A stretch of DNA of 64,000 nt from Candidatus Omnitrophota bacterium (GTDB lineage Bacteria > Omnitrophota > Gorgyraeia > Gygaellales > Profunditerraquicolaceae), in contig JAPLLX010000001.1 in assembly GCA_026387335.1 (NCBI GenBank), forward strand, positions 234,620 to 298,619. The letters run 5' to 3'. The stretch's first letter is position 1, and each line of letters starts with the position of its first letter. Positions 1 to 8,076 of this stretch are shown here, one piece after another. The notes under the pieces were generated by a model, which was not told where the DNA came from, searched no databases, and saw only the letters and a program-made list of their open reading frames with translations. Position numbers and translations under genes: made by a program.

Positions 1-855
1 AGCTTTTTGGTTTTCTCCTTAACTTATGTTCTGGGGGTCTGGCGCTGGGCCATGCTGCTTAAGGCGGTTAATATCGATATTCCGCTTAAGCGCGTAATTA
101 CGTCATTTTCCGGAGGAATATTTTTTAGCCTGTTCCTTCCCTCAACAATAGGAGGAGATTTCTTACGCAGCGTGGATTTATCCGTGCATACTCAAAAACC
201 TAAAGAGGTTATCGCGACAATATTCTTAGACCGTTTAAGCGGTTATATCGGGCTGGTCTTTCTGGCTATCTGCGCGCTATTCTTAGGCTGGAAAGTCCTG
301 GAAGACAGTAGCGTGTTAATATCCTTAGGAATAATAGTGGGTTTATTGTTTTTCCTTTTATTAATTTTGTTTAATAAGTACCTGTATACTAAAATAAATG
401 GTTTTCTTAAAAGCCCTAATGCCGGAAAGATCAGGGATTTAATCAGCGATCTACATGAAGAGATACACCTTTTCCGGGATAAACCCCGGATTGTAGCTAA
501 GAATATACTGGTTTCTATTCTAATCCAGGCGATTTCTCCGGTGACCTTTTATATTATCGCGTTAGCTTTAGGTATAAAAATAAGCTTACTCTACTTTTTT
601 ATTTTCCTACCAATAATCGGAGCGATCACCCTGTTGCCTATTTCTATAGGAGGTTTAGGTTTAAGGGACGCCTCGACTATATTCTTTTTTGCCAAGGTAG
701 GCGTGGGGAAGAACCTGGCTTTTGCTATGTCGCTGTTAAGTTTTTCTTTTATCCTTTTCTACGGAGCGGTGGGAGGTTTGATCTATGTCCTTACAGTACA
801 TAATAGACGGTTACAACGTAACGCACCACCCCGGGTTCACAAAAGTAGCCCTTAA
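1..855 (+). CDS. Lysylphosphatidylglycerol synthase TM / flippase-like (YbhN/UPF0104) membrane protein, 5'-truncated by window edge
   Basis: Multi-TM protein with motifs 'RW..LL', 'LPSTIGGD..R', 'DRL.G' and 'LPISIGGLGLRD'. Confidence 0.8.
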   Translation, partial: SFLVFSLTYVLGVWRWAMLLKAVNIDIPLKRVITSFSGGIFFSLFLPSTIGGDFLRSVDLSVHTQKPKEVIATIFLDRLSGYIGLVFLAICALFLGWKVLEDSSVLISLGIIVGLLFFLLLILFNKYLYTKINGFLKSPNAGKIRDLISDLHEEIHLFRDKPRIVAKNILVSILIQAISPVTFYIIALALGIKISLLYFFIFLPIIGAITLLPISIGGLGLRDASTIFFFAKVGVGKNLAFAMSLLSFSFILFYGAVGGLIYVLTVHNRRLQRNAPPRVHKSSP

Positions 856-1270
856 GCATCTACCTGATTCCCGCGTCGCGCTTATCCAGTTAATCCGCAC
901 CCAGAAAGCATCCTTTAGCCCGAATAATAAATTTTGGGTAGTCTTTGACGGCTACCCCGGCGACCTGTCTTTAGAGAGTCTAGATAAAGGCAATATTATG
1001 GTGGTATTCTCGCGTTCGGAAAGCGCTGACAGGCGCATAAAGAAGTTAATTGAATTAATCCCTAACCCTAAAAATGTAATTGTTGTTTCCGACGATAAAG
1101 AGGTAAAATTTTTTGCTAAGTCTTGCCGCGCTTCGACCGAGAGCGTGGAAGATTTTCTTTCTGCTCAGAAGAAGTTGGCGCGCAAAGTAGCGAGAGCGCC
1201 GGAAGCAGAAATCAGCTATACCCAGATGCATAAAATCAATGAGGAACTGAAGAAAATATGGCTTGCCTAA
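785..1270 (+). CDS. NYN/PIN-domain (YacP/Rae1-like) nuclease
   Basis: Motifs IIDGYN, VVFDG, ESADRRI, VVSDDKEV. Confidence 0.8.
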   Translation: MSLQYIIDGYNVTHHPGFTKVALKHLPDSRVALIQLIRTQKASFSPNNKFWVVFDGYPGDLSLESLDKGNIMVVFSRSESADRRIKKLIELIPNPKNVIVVSDDKEVKFFAKSCRASTESVEDFLSAQKKLARKVARAPEAEISYTQMHKINEELKKIWLA

Positions 1271-2013
1271 AATTCTTAGGGACGGCCGGAGCGCGGTTTG
1301 TGATGATTGAGCAGCTTAGGTCATCAGGCGGCCTCTGGATTTCATATAAGGATACTAATGTTTTGATTGATCCCGGCCCGGGAAGCATAGTGCGTTGCGC
1401 TCTGAGCCGTCCGAAATTAAACCCCCTAGATTTAGACGGAATAATCCTCACCCATAAGCACCTGGACCACTCTAATGATATAAATGTGATGCTTGAGGCG
1501 ATGACTGAAGGAGGGTTTAAGAAGAGAGGTGTTGTTTTTTGTCCCTCAGACGCGCTCGGGGATGAGCCCATAATTTTAAAATACGCTAGGAATTTACCCG
1601 AAAAGATAGTGGCTCTAAAAGCAAATAAAGATTATAAAATAGGCGATTTTTCTTTTCAAACCTCCATGCGCCATATTCATCCTGTTGAAACTTACGGTTT
1701 AAAGTTTAATTTAGGGAATACGAGTATCGGTTTACTTACGGATACGAAATTTTTTAAAGAATTGAGAAATTTCTACAAAACAGATGTGCTAATTATTTCT
1801 GTAGTTTTTTTTGAGCCCCGGCCGGGCATAGACCATCTTTGTTTAGCCGATGCCGAAGAGATTATCAGGGTTTGTAAACCCAGGAAAACAATTTTAACCC
1901 ACTTTGGAATGACTATGCTTAAGGCCAAACCGCATATCCAGGCAAAGAAGATGGCTGAAAAGCTGGGTCTGGAAGTAGAGGCTGCCTATGACGGGATGAG
2001 CCTGAATTTTTAG
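1258..2013 (+). CDS. Metallo-beta-lactamase-fold hydrolase
   Basis: FLGTAG start, IDPGPG, THKHLDH (HxHxDH), LTHFG, AYDGM. Confidence 0.85.
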   Translation: MACLKFLGTAGARFVMIEQLRSSGGLWISYKDTNVLIDPGPGSIVRCALSRPKLNPLDLDGIILTHKHLDHSNDINVMLEAMTEGGFKKRGVVFCPSDALGDEPIILKYARNLPEKIVALKANKDYKIGDFSFQTSMRHIHPVETYGLKFNLGNTSIGLLTDTKFFKELRNFYKTDVLIISVVFFEPRPGIDHLCLADAEEIIRVCKPRKTILTHFGMTMLKAKPHIQAKKMAEKLGLEVEAAYDGMSLNF

Positions 2014-2023
2014 CATTATTTTC

Positions 2024-2052
2024 TTGACATAACTCCAGATTTATGATAAAGT
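2024..2052 (+). promoter_or_regulatory. Sigma70-type promoter
   Basis: TTGACA-17 nt-TAAAGT with extended TG, upstream of a strong SD (AAGGAGG). Confidence 0.55.
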
Positions 2053-2090
2053 TAAGTCAATTGTGAAACACTAACCTAAGGAGGTGGAGG

Positions 2091-2768
2091 ATGAGTAGTT
2101 GGCAAGTGGTTTTATTGGAACCGGCAAGGACTGTTCTTACCCAGATTGGTCAATTTGTGGTGAACGTTCTCTTGGTGCTTATAATACTCATTATTGGTTG
2201 GGTTATTTCCAAGCTGATCAGGACAATCGTTACCAAGGGCCTGAGAGCAGTCAAATTGGATGAACTTTCTGATCGTATTGGATTAGAAGCTGTTTTGGAA
2301 AAGGGCGGTATAAGTTTTTCCCTTTCGGAGTTGATTGGGGTAATCTGCTATTGGTTGGCGCTTTTGGTGACCTTTATGGTCGCGATTAATTCCATAGGCC
2401 TGACTATTGCCGCAGATTTATTAAACAAAGTAGTTCTTTATATACCTAACGTCATTGCGGCCATATTCATTTTGATTTTGGGTATGTTTGCGGCTACAAT
2501 ATTAAAGAATATAGTTCTGACAGCAGCTAATAACGCTGGTTTAGGTCAGGGAAAGCTTTTAGGCAAGGTAGTGGAAGTTGTCATCGTGCTCTTTGCCATC
2601 TTCGTGGCTTTAGAGCAGTTGAATATCGGTATCCGTATAACCGAGCTGACTTTGGCTATTGCCTTAGGTAGTTTAGGTTTGGGTCTAGCCCTAGCTTTTG
2701 GTTTAGGCTGCAGGGATATCGCCGGAAAATTCGTGAGTGATTTTACCGATAAAATGAAGAAAAAATAG
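2091..2768 (+). CDS. Conserved TM-helix repeat protein (MscS/CmpX N-terminal-like)
   Basis: Repeated hydrophobic helices, 'YIPNVIAAIFIL', 'ALEQLNI', 'ALAFGLG'. Confidence 0.7.
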   Translation: MSSWQVVLLEPARTVLTQIGQFVVNVLLVLIILIIGWVISKLIRTIVTKGLRAVKLDELSDRIGLEAVLEKGGISFSLSELIGVICYWLALLVTFMVAINSIGLTIAADLLNKVVLYIPNVIAAIFILILGMFAATILKNIVLTAANNAGLGQGKLLGKVVEVVIVLFAIFVALEQLNIGIRITELTLAIALGSLGLGLALAFGLGCRDIAGKFVSDFTDKMKKK

Positions 2769-2790
2769 CGACATGTTTTTAGTGGTAAAT

Positions 2791-2830
2791 AAAACCCCGC
2801 ACTTTTTAAGTTAGAGTGCGGGGTTTTTAT
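2791..2830 (+). terminator. Intrinsic terminator
   Basis: AAAACCCCGCACT...AGTGCGGGGTTTT followed by T-rich tail. Confidence 0.8.
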
Positions 2831-2841
2831 TTATAAAAACG

Positions 2842-3300
2842 ATGACTAGAATTAGCTACCGGTTATTTATAATTTTCCCTTTAGTTATTCTGTGTTTAGG
2901 CATGAGCTGCGTTCCCCGTAGGAACATCAACATTGAGGCGCAGCGATTGAGCCTGCAATCTATAGTCGAAGAAGCGTTGGGAGATATTGAATTTGCTTAT
3001 GAATCTAAAAATCTCGAAGGCTTTACGGGATTATTAGATCAAGGCTTTCCAGGAAAAGCCAGATTCCAAGCGGTTTTAGCCGACTATTTTCTCTACCTGG
3101 ATAAACCGCATCTTCATTTTGTGATCGATATGGTTATTGCCGATAAAAACGGGATAAAGGTAAATGTCCACTGGTTTAAAAAGGCAATAACAAACTTAAA
3201 TGTCGCCATCAAATCGCGGGGTTCATCGCAATTCTTGTTTAAAAGGTATCCTGAGGGCTTAAGGCTTAAACGCGTATTTAAGGAGAACCCGTTTTATTAG
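2842..3300 (+). CDS. Hypothetical lipoprotein
   Basis: Hydrophobic N-terminus with lipobox-like 'LGMSC'. Confidence 0.5.
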   Translation: MTRISYRLFIIFPLVILCLGMSCVPRRNINIEAQRLSLQSIVEEALGDIEFAYESKNLEGFTGLLDQGFPGKARFQAVLADYFLYLDKPHLHFVIDMVIADKNGIKVNVHWFKKAITNLNVAIKSRGSSQFLFKRYPEGLRLKRVFKENPFY

Positions 3301-3349
3301 AAACCTCGGTGCTTAAGGATATTTTTAAAGACGGTCAAGAGAGGATGCA

Positions 3350-5416
3350 ATGAAGATAGTAAATAAGTTGACTTTAGGATTTACGGGGGTAGTTTTTTTA
3401 ATCGCAATTTTCGGGTTTTATGCCATATACGTAAGCCAACGCGAACTGACACAGTCTATAGGTTCGTCTTCTGCTTTGTTGGCCCAAGAGATGATAGATG
3501 AAATAGACAGGAGCATTTATTACAGAATAGTAGCGGTAAAGGAATTTATTTATGATGCGCCGGTTAAAAAAGCGGTTAGAGGGTCAAATATCAGGTATAA
3601 AAAGATGAAGAATATGGAGAAATACATAGAGGATAGAGATATCCTATGGAAGGCTCAGTCTAAGCCCGTTCTGACTCCTTTTATGCTTAGGCTCATCGGG
3701 AATGACCTATCCCGGCAATTAAAAGAAATGTCCGCGTTTTATGAAAAACAGGAGGGCCATAAAGTATTTGCCGAAATATTCATAACCAATAAATACGGAG
3801 CTAATATTGCCCAGAGCGCGAAAACCACTGATTTTTATCAGGCAGATGAAGAGTGGTGGCAAAAAGCAAAAGAAAAAGGCCTTTATGTCGGAGAGATCGG
3901 CTATGACGATAGCTCGGGTGTTTATTCAACTGACCTTGGGATAAGGCTTGATGACGAAGCAGGAAATTTTATCGGAGTAGTAAAGGCTGTTGTAAATATG
4001 GAGGATGTGGTTGCCATAATTAATCAGCTTAAGAATAGCGTCCCGTTTCAAAGAAACGTTGGATTAAAGCTGCTTACTTCCGAAAGAAAAATTATTTATT
4101 CAACAGAGCCATATATTGTTTCTGTTGCTGTATCCGATAATATATGGGAGCATATTAAGGGCGGCGGGGGGAGGCAGATGAATTATTTTATTGAAAAAAG
4201 CGAATCCCCGGGCGGCGGACAGGAATTATTTGCTCATGCCTTGTCAGCAGGCTTTAAAGACTATAAGGGCCGGGGCTGGGTTTTGTTGATTGAGTATAAA
4301 ACGAAGGAAATTCTTGCTTCCGTAAAAAAATTAAAACACATTCTTTTGTTTGTCTTAATGGGGACTATAAGTATTGTCCTGATTATATGGGTATTTATTT
4401 CTCACATGATTTCCAGGCCTATCGTAAAACTGGCTGATGCCGCGGAGAAAATAGGAAAGGGCAATCTGGATACCGGGTTAGAAATCCGGTCAAATGACGA
4501 GTTCTCATTATTGGCGGATGCTTTCCATAAAATGAAAGAGAATTTAAGGCAATCTATGACCTCTGTAGACAAACTTAATATAGAGGTCTCTGAACGTAAG
4601 AAGGCAGAGAAGGGGCTTAAATATGCCTATGAGCAGCTTAAATCTACTCAAGAACAGCTTATCCATGCTGAGAAATTAAATGCCGTAGGCCAATTAGCCA
4701 GCGGCGTAGCCCATGAAGTAAGGAATCCGTTGGGGATAATAATTCAGGGAATTAATTTTCTGGAGAGCAGGATACCGGCTGGCGAAAAGGAAATCTCTGA
4801 TGTCTTGGTTATGCTTAAAGATAATATCAAAAGGGCTAATAATATAATAGGTTCGCTTCTTGATTTTTCTAAAGCCGCGAGATTAAGCTTGCAACCGGAA
4901 AATATAAACTCTATTTTAGAAAGCTCGCTGGAGTTGGTTAAAAATCAGTTGCAATTTGAGAATATTGAAATAATCAAAGAAATGAAAATAAGCTTGCCTC
5001 AGGTTATGGCGGATAAATATAAACTGGAGCAGGTGTTTGTCAATGTTTTATTAAATGCGGTTCAGGCTATGCCGCAGGGGGGCAGGATTATTATACGTAG
5101 TTTTGATAAGCAATTGGAAGGGATAAATGATGGTATAGGTAATAAGGGGGGTGATCATTTTAAGGTTGGCGAGAAAGCTGTTATAGTTGAATTTGAGGAT
5201 ACGGGAGCCGGAATTTCTGAAGAAGACTTGAAAAAGTTATTTGTCCCGTTTTTTACTACCAAGGGGCCGCGGGGCGGCACAGGCCTTGGGTTATCTGTAA
5301 GTAGGAATATACTGCATATGCATAAAGCCTTAATATATGTGGAGAGCCGGGTTGGCAAGGGGACCAAAATTACATTAGTTTTAAAGATCGCCGGGGTGGA
5401 GGGGGAGGTAAAGTGA
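3350..5416 (+). CDS. Membrane sensor histidine kinase (Cache-HAMP-HisKA-HATPase)
   Basis: Two TM helices, 'DEEWWQKA' Cache motif, HAMP, H-box AHEVRNPL, N box, DTGAGI, FFTTK, GTGLGL. Confidence 0.92.
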   Translation: MKIVNKLTLGFTGVVFLIAIFGFYAIYVSQRELTQSIGSSSALLAQEMIDEIDRSIYYRIVAVKEFIYDAPVKKAVRGSNIRYKKMKNMEKYIEDRDILWKAQSKPVLTPFMLRLIGNDLSRQLKEMSAFYEKQEGHKVFAEIFITNKYGANIAQSAKTTDFYQADEEWWQKAKEKGLYVGEIGYDDSSGVYSTDLGIRLDDEAGNFIGVVKAVVNMEDVVAIINQLKNSVPFQRNVGLKLLTSERKIIYSTEPYIVSVAVSDNIWEHIKGGGGRQMNYFIEKSESPGGGQELFAHALSAGFKDYKGRGWVLLIEYKTKEILASVKKLKHILLFVLMGTISIVLIIWVFISHMISRPIVKLADAAEKIGKGNLDTGLEIRSNDEFSLLADAFHKMKENLRQSMTSVDKLNIEVSERKKAEKGLKYAYEQLKSTQEQLIHAEKLNAVGQLASGVAHEVRNPLGIIIQGINFLESRIPAGEKEISDVLVMLKDNIKRANNIIGSLLDFSKAARLSLQPENINSILESSLELVKNQLQFENIEIIKEMKISLPQVMADKYKLEQVFVNVLLNAVQAMPQGGRIIIRSFDKQLEGINDGIGNKGGDHFKVGEKAVIVEFEDTGAGISEEDLKKLFVPFFTTKGPRGGTGLGLSVSRNILHMHKALIYVESRVGKGTKITLVLKIAGVEGEVK

Positions 5417-5799
5417 ATAAAAAAAAGATACTAGTTGTGGATGATGAAATAGATTTCCTTAAGGTAATGAGATTGAACCTGGAAGAAACAGGAAGATTTG
5501 AAGTCGTTACATTAGAAAGCGCGAAAGAGATCATACCTTCTTTGCATAGTTTCCGGCCCGATTTGATCTTACTGGATCTACTTATGCCCGGAACAGGCGG
5601 CATGGAAGTATGCGAGATGCTAAATGCTGATCCTATCGGGCAGGAAGTGCCTGTTATTGTCCTCTCGGCCCTTGATAAATACACTGATAAACTTAAGGCT
5701 TTTCAGAGAGGGGTAGTGGATTACCTCGTAAAGCCCATAGAAAAAGGGGAACTTATTACCAGTATAGATAAAGCCTTCCAGTCCAAATATGGACAATAG
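5413..5799 (+). CDS. Single-domain response regulator (receiver)
   Basis: ILVVDDE, LLDLLMPG, 'DYLVKP'; overlaps kinase stop. Confidence 0.9.
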   Translation: MNKKKILVVDDEIDFLKVMRLNLEETGRFEVVTLESAKEIIPSLHSFRPDLILLDLLMPGTGGMEVCEMLNADPIGQEVPVIVLSALDKYTDKLKAFQRGVVDYLVKPIEKGELITSIDKAFQSKYGQ

Positions 5800-6982
5800 C
5801 CACAGAAAAGTCGACGCAAACAATCTGCTTTTTATTTTAGGGGTAAGTTTGCTGGCGCGTATTCTCCCGCTTTTTAACGCTGTAGATTGGACTGACCTCT
5901 ATGCCCAGCAAGCGATACCTATACTGAACCACCTGAATATTTATAGCGCGACCCAAGGAATTTTTCCTTATTCTCCGGTTTCCATGTTCCTGCCGGCTTT
6001 AGGCGCGAAAATTTCGCTTATTTTTAGGGTTCCTTTTCATATAATCATGCGGCTGCCCGCGATCGTCGCCGATGTAGGCATTGCTCTTTCGATTTATGTC
6101 ACCTTGATAAAGATGGGAAGGAAAAACGCGTTTTCAGCGGGATTGCTTTACGCGTTAAATCCGCTATCTATTCTGATATCTTCTTTTCACGGTAATATAA
6201 TATCCATAGCCACGCTATTCTCTTTTCTGGCCTATGCGGTATTGCTGCTGGGGGTAGAGAAAAATTACAGATTGTCCGCGCTGCTGTTGGGGGTGGGAAT
6301 AGGTTTTCGGGGGTATCCCATACTTCTCCTGCCGCTGTTTCTTCTTAAATTAAAGATTTCTTTATCCAAAAAGATAGAGTATGTTATTTATTCGGTCATT
6401 CCCACGACGATTTCTTTTGTGCCATTTTTATTTTTAGACTATAAGTCGGTTTTCCGGGAAGTTTTTTCCTACAGCGGGTTTCCGGATTATGGCCTGGCAG
6501 CCATTTTAAGAGCGATTTATTCTTTTGTGAATAATACCCGCTTGTACGGCCTTCCTGATAACCTGCTCGGAATATTAGCGGACACTAGCAAAGCCCTATT
6601 TTTCGTGGTGTATGCACTGATTCTTTTAGTGTCCGCAAAGAAAAAATTAGTATCTTTAATATTAGTTGTTTTCCTTACTTTCTTTTTTGTATATACGGGA
6701 ATTTCATCCCAGTATTTTATATGGGTATTACCGTTTGCCTTTTTAGTCCGGGACAAAATGCTGAAGTATTATGTGCTATTTGGTACATGGGCTTTAGTAA
6801 ATTTTTACTGGATATATCATCCGCATATAATATTCGGTAAAATAGGGGTTATAAACCTACCGCTTAATATTTTGCTGTTAGGAGAGATAATTTCATTAAG
6901 CGTGCTTTGGCTGGTCTGTTTGCTCTGGGCTCTTAAGCTTATGGTTGAAAAAGAAGTTTGCGCTGAAAGCGTCTTTTTATGA
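5789..6982 (+). CDS. GT-C fold polytopic glycosyltransferase (GT87/PIG-M-like)
   Basis: FPYSP, 'YALNPLSILISSFHGN', 'QYFIWVLPF'; multiple TM segments. Confidence 0.7.
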   Translation: MDNSHRKVDANNLLFILGVSLLARILPLFNAVDWTDLYAQQAIPILNHLNIYSATQGIFPYSPVSMFLPALGAKISLIFRVPFHIIMRLPAIVADVGIALSIYVTLIKMGRKNAFSAGLLYALNPLSILISSFHGNIISIATLFSFLAYAVLLLGVEKNYRLSALLLGVGIGFRGYPILLLPLFLLKLKISLSKKIEYVIYSVIPTTISFVPFLFLDYKSVFREVFSYSGFPDYGLAAILRAIYSFVNNTRLYGLPDNLLGILADTSKALFFVVYALILLVSAKKKLVSLILVVFLTFFFVYTGISSQYFIWVLPFAFLVRDKMLKYYVLFGTWALVNFYWIYHPHIIFGKIGVINLPLNILLLGEIISLSVLWLVCLLWALKLMVEKEVCAESVFL

Positions 6983-7083
6983 AAACACTGCGCTTGTCCG
7001 AAAAGATTATCATCGGTTTTTTTCTGCTCCTCTATCTAAGCGAGGTAGTCTATATCTTGACCATGCCGGGAGTTGTAAAATGA
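6979..7083 (+). CDS. Small 34-aa membrane peptide (MKTLRLSEKIIIGFFLLLYLSEVVYILTMPGVVK), not in ORF track
   Basis: ATGA overlaps with both the upstream GT stop and the downstream miaB stub start; single hydrophobic helix. Confidence 0.45.
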   Translation: MKTLRLSEKIIIGFFLLLYLSEVVYILTMPGVVK

Positions 7084-7155
7084 AGGTATTTTTGAAGACC
7101 TACGGTTGACCGTTGGTGTAAGTACCGCGTGATGATTTTAGGAATTTTAAAGAAG
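7080..7155 (+). pseudogene. Degenerate miaB 5' stub (left island boundary)
   Basis: Reads MKVFLKTYG* then, shifted, VMILGILKK; intact MiaB reads KVFLRTFGCQMN...EVVVGLLRK. Confidence 0.7.
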
Positions 7156-7190
7156 TTAAGTGATTGTGATAAAAAGGATTAAGGCAATAA

Positions 7191-8048
7191 ATGGAGCCGT
7201 CCCCATTATTTTTTTCTATGAATGCAGATAATCTGGCAGAAGAAAATCACCGTGCGCGCTCAAACTTCGTGCGGGGGCTTGTTCAGCGTTCAAGCGGTCT
7301 TGCTACCGCATCCCCCGTATTCACCAACAACCCCCCGATGAGGATTGTGCAGTTTTGGGACGATCTGGATCGACTGCCTGAAGATGTGGACGAAAGCATC
7401 GAAACATGGAGGAAGACAGAGGAGCAGGGCTTTGAAAGATTACTTTTCGACAAGTGCCAAGCAAGAGATTTTATTAGGCGAAGACTCGGTGCACGGCACA
7501 AACGAGCCTACGACAAGTGCTATCACCCAGCAATGCAGTCAGACTATTTTCGACTTTGCTATATCCTCGTGGAGGGTGGCTGTTACATTGACGTTGACGA
7601 TATTTACGGAGGTTCCCAAATCCAGCACCTCTTCAGCGATTGTCGGTTAAAAATTCAACCCCTATGCTATGACATAGCGACAAATATGATGATTCCACCA
7701 TCGCGTTTTACTAAACCAGGAGCAAGCGCCGCTAGCTGGATTTTCTACTTTAATAACAATCCGCTAATTGCTGGCTGTGGGCATCCATTAATAGAGCGTG
7801 CACTCGCTCGAGCCACCCTTTCCCTTGAGAAAGACATGACAAACGGATTACCAGAAATCCAATCAACAACTGGCCCAGGGAATCTTACCAAATCGATATT
7901 TGACGCTGTAACTGAGAGTAGCGATATCGAACAGACCCTTCTTGTGCTTTGCGATTGGGAAAACATTGTCAAAAACAGATGGAAACTCAGCTATAGGAAC
8001 GATGCAAGGAACTGGAGGCTTTCGAACTGCAGATGTTATCAAAAATGA
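7191..8048 (+). CDS. DXD glycosyltransferase (GT32/OCH1 or TcdA-like catalytic fold)
   Basis: IVQFW, 'AMQSDYFRLCYILVEGGCYIDVDD', 'TTGPGNLT'. Confidence 0.75.
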   Translation: MEPSPLFFSMNADNLAEENHRARSNFVRGLVQRSSGLATASPVFTNNPPMRIVQFWDDLDRLPEDVDESIETWRKTEEQGFERLLFDKCQARDFIRRRLGARHKRAYDKCYHPAMQSDYFRLCYILVEGGCYIDVDDIYGGSQIQHLFSDCRLKIQPLCYDIATNMMIPPSRFTKPGASAASWIFYFNNNPLIAGCGHPLIERALARATLSLEKDMTNGLPEIQSTTGPGNLTKSIFDAVTESSDIEQTLLVLCDWENIVKNRWKLSYRNDARNWRLSNCRCYQK

Positions 8049-8076
8049 TTTGCCAAGAACATATCGAGGGGGATGA

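Noticed and set aside
7107-7121. TGA at the conserved MiaB Cys position read as selenocysteine
   Set aside because: An in-frame TAA follows four codons later and MiaB similarity does not continue in frame.
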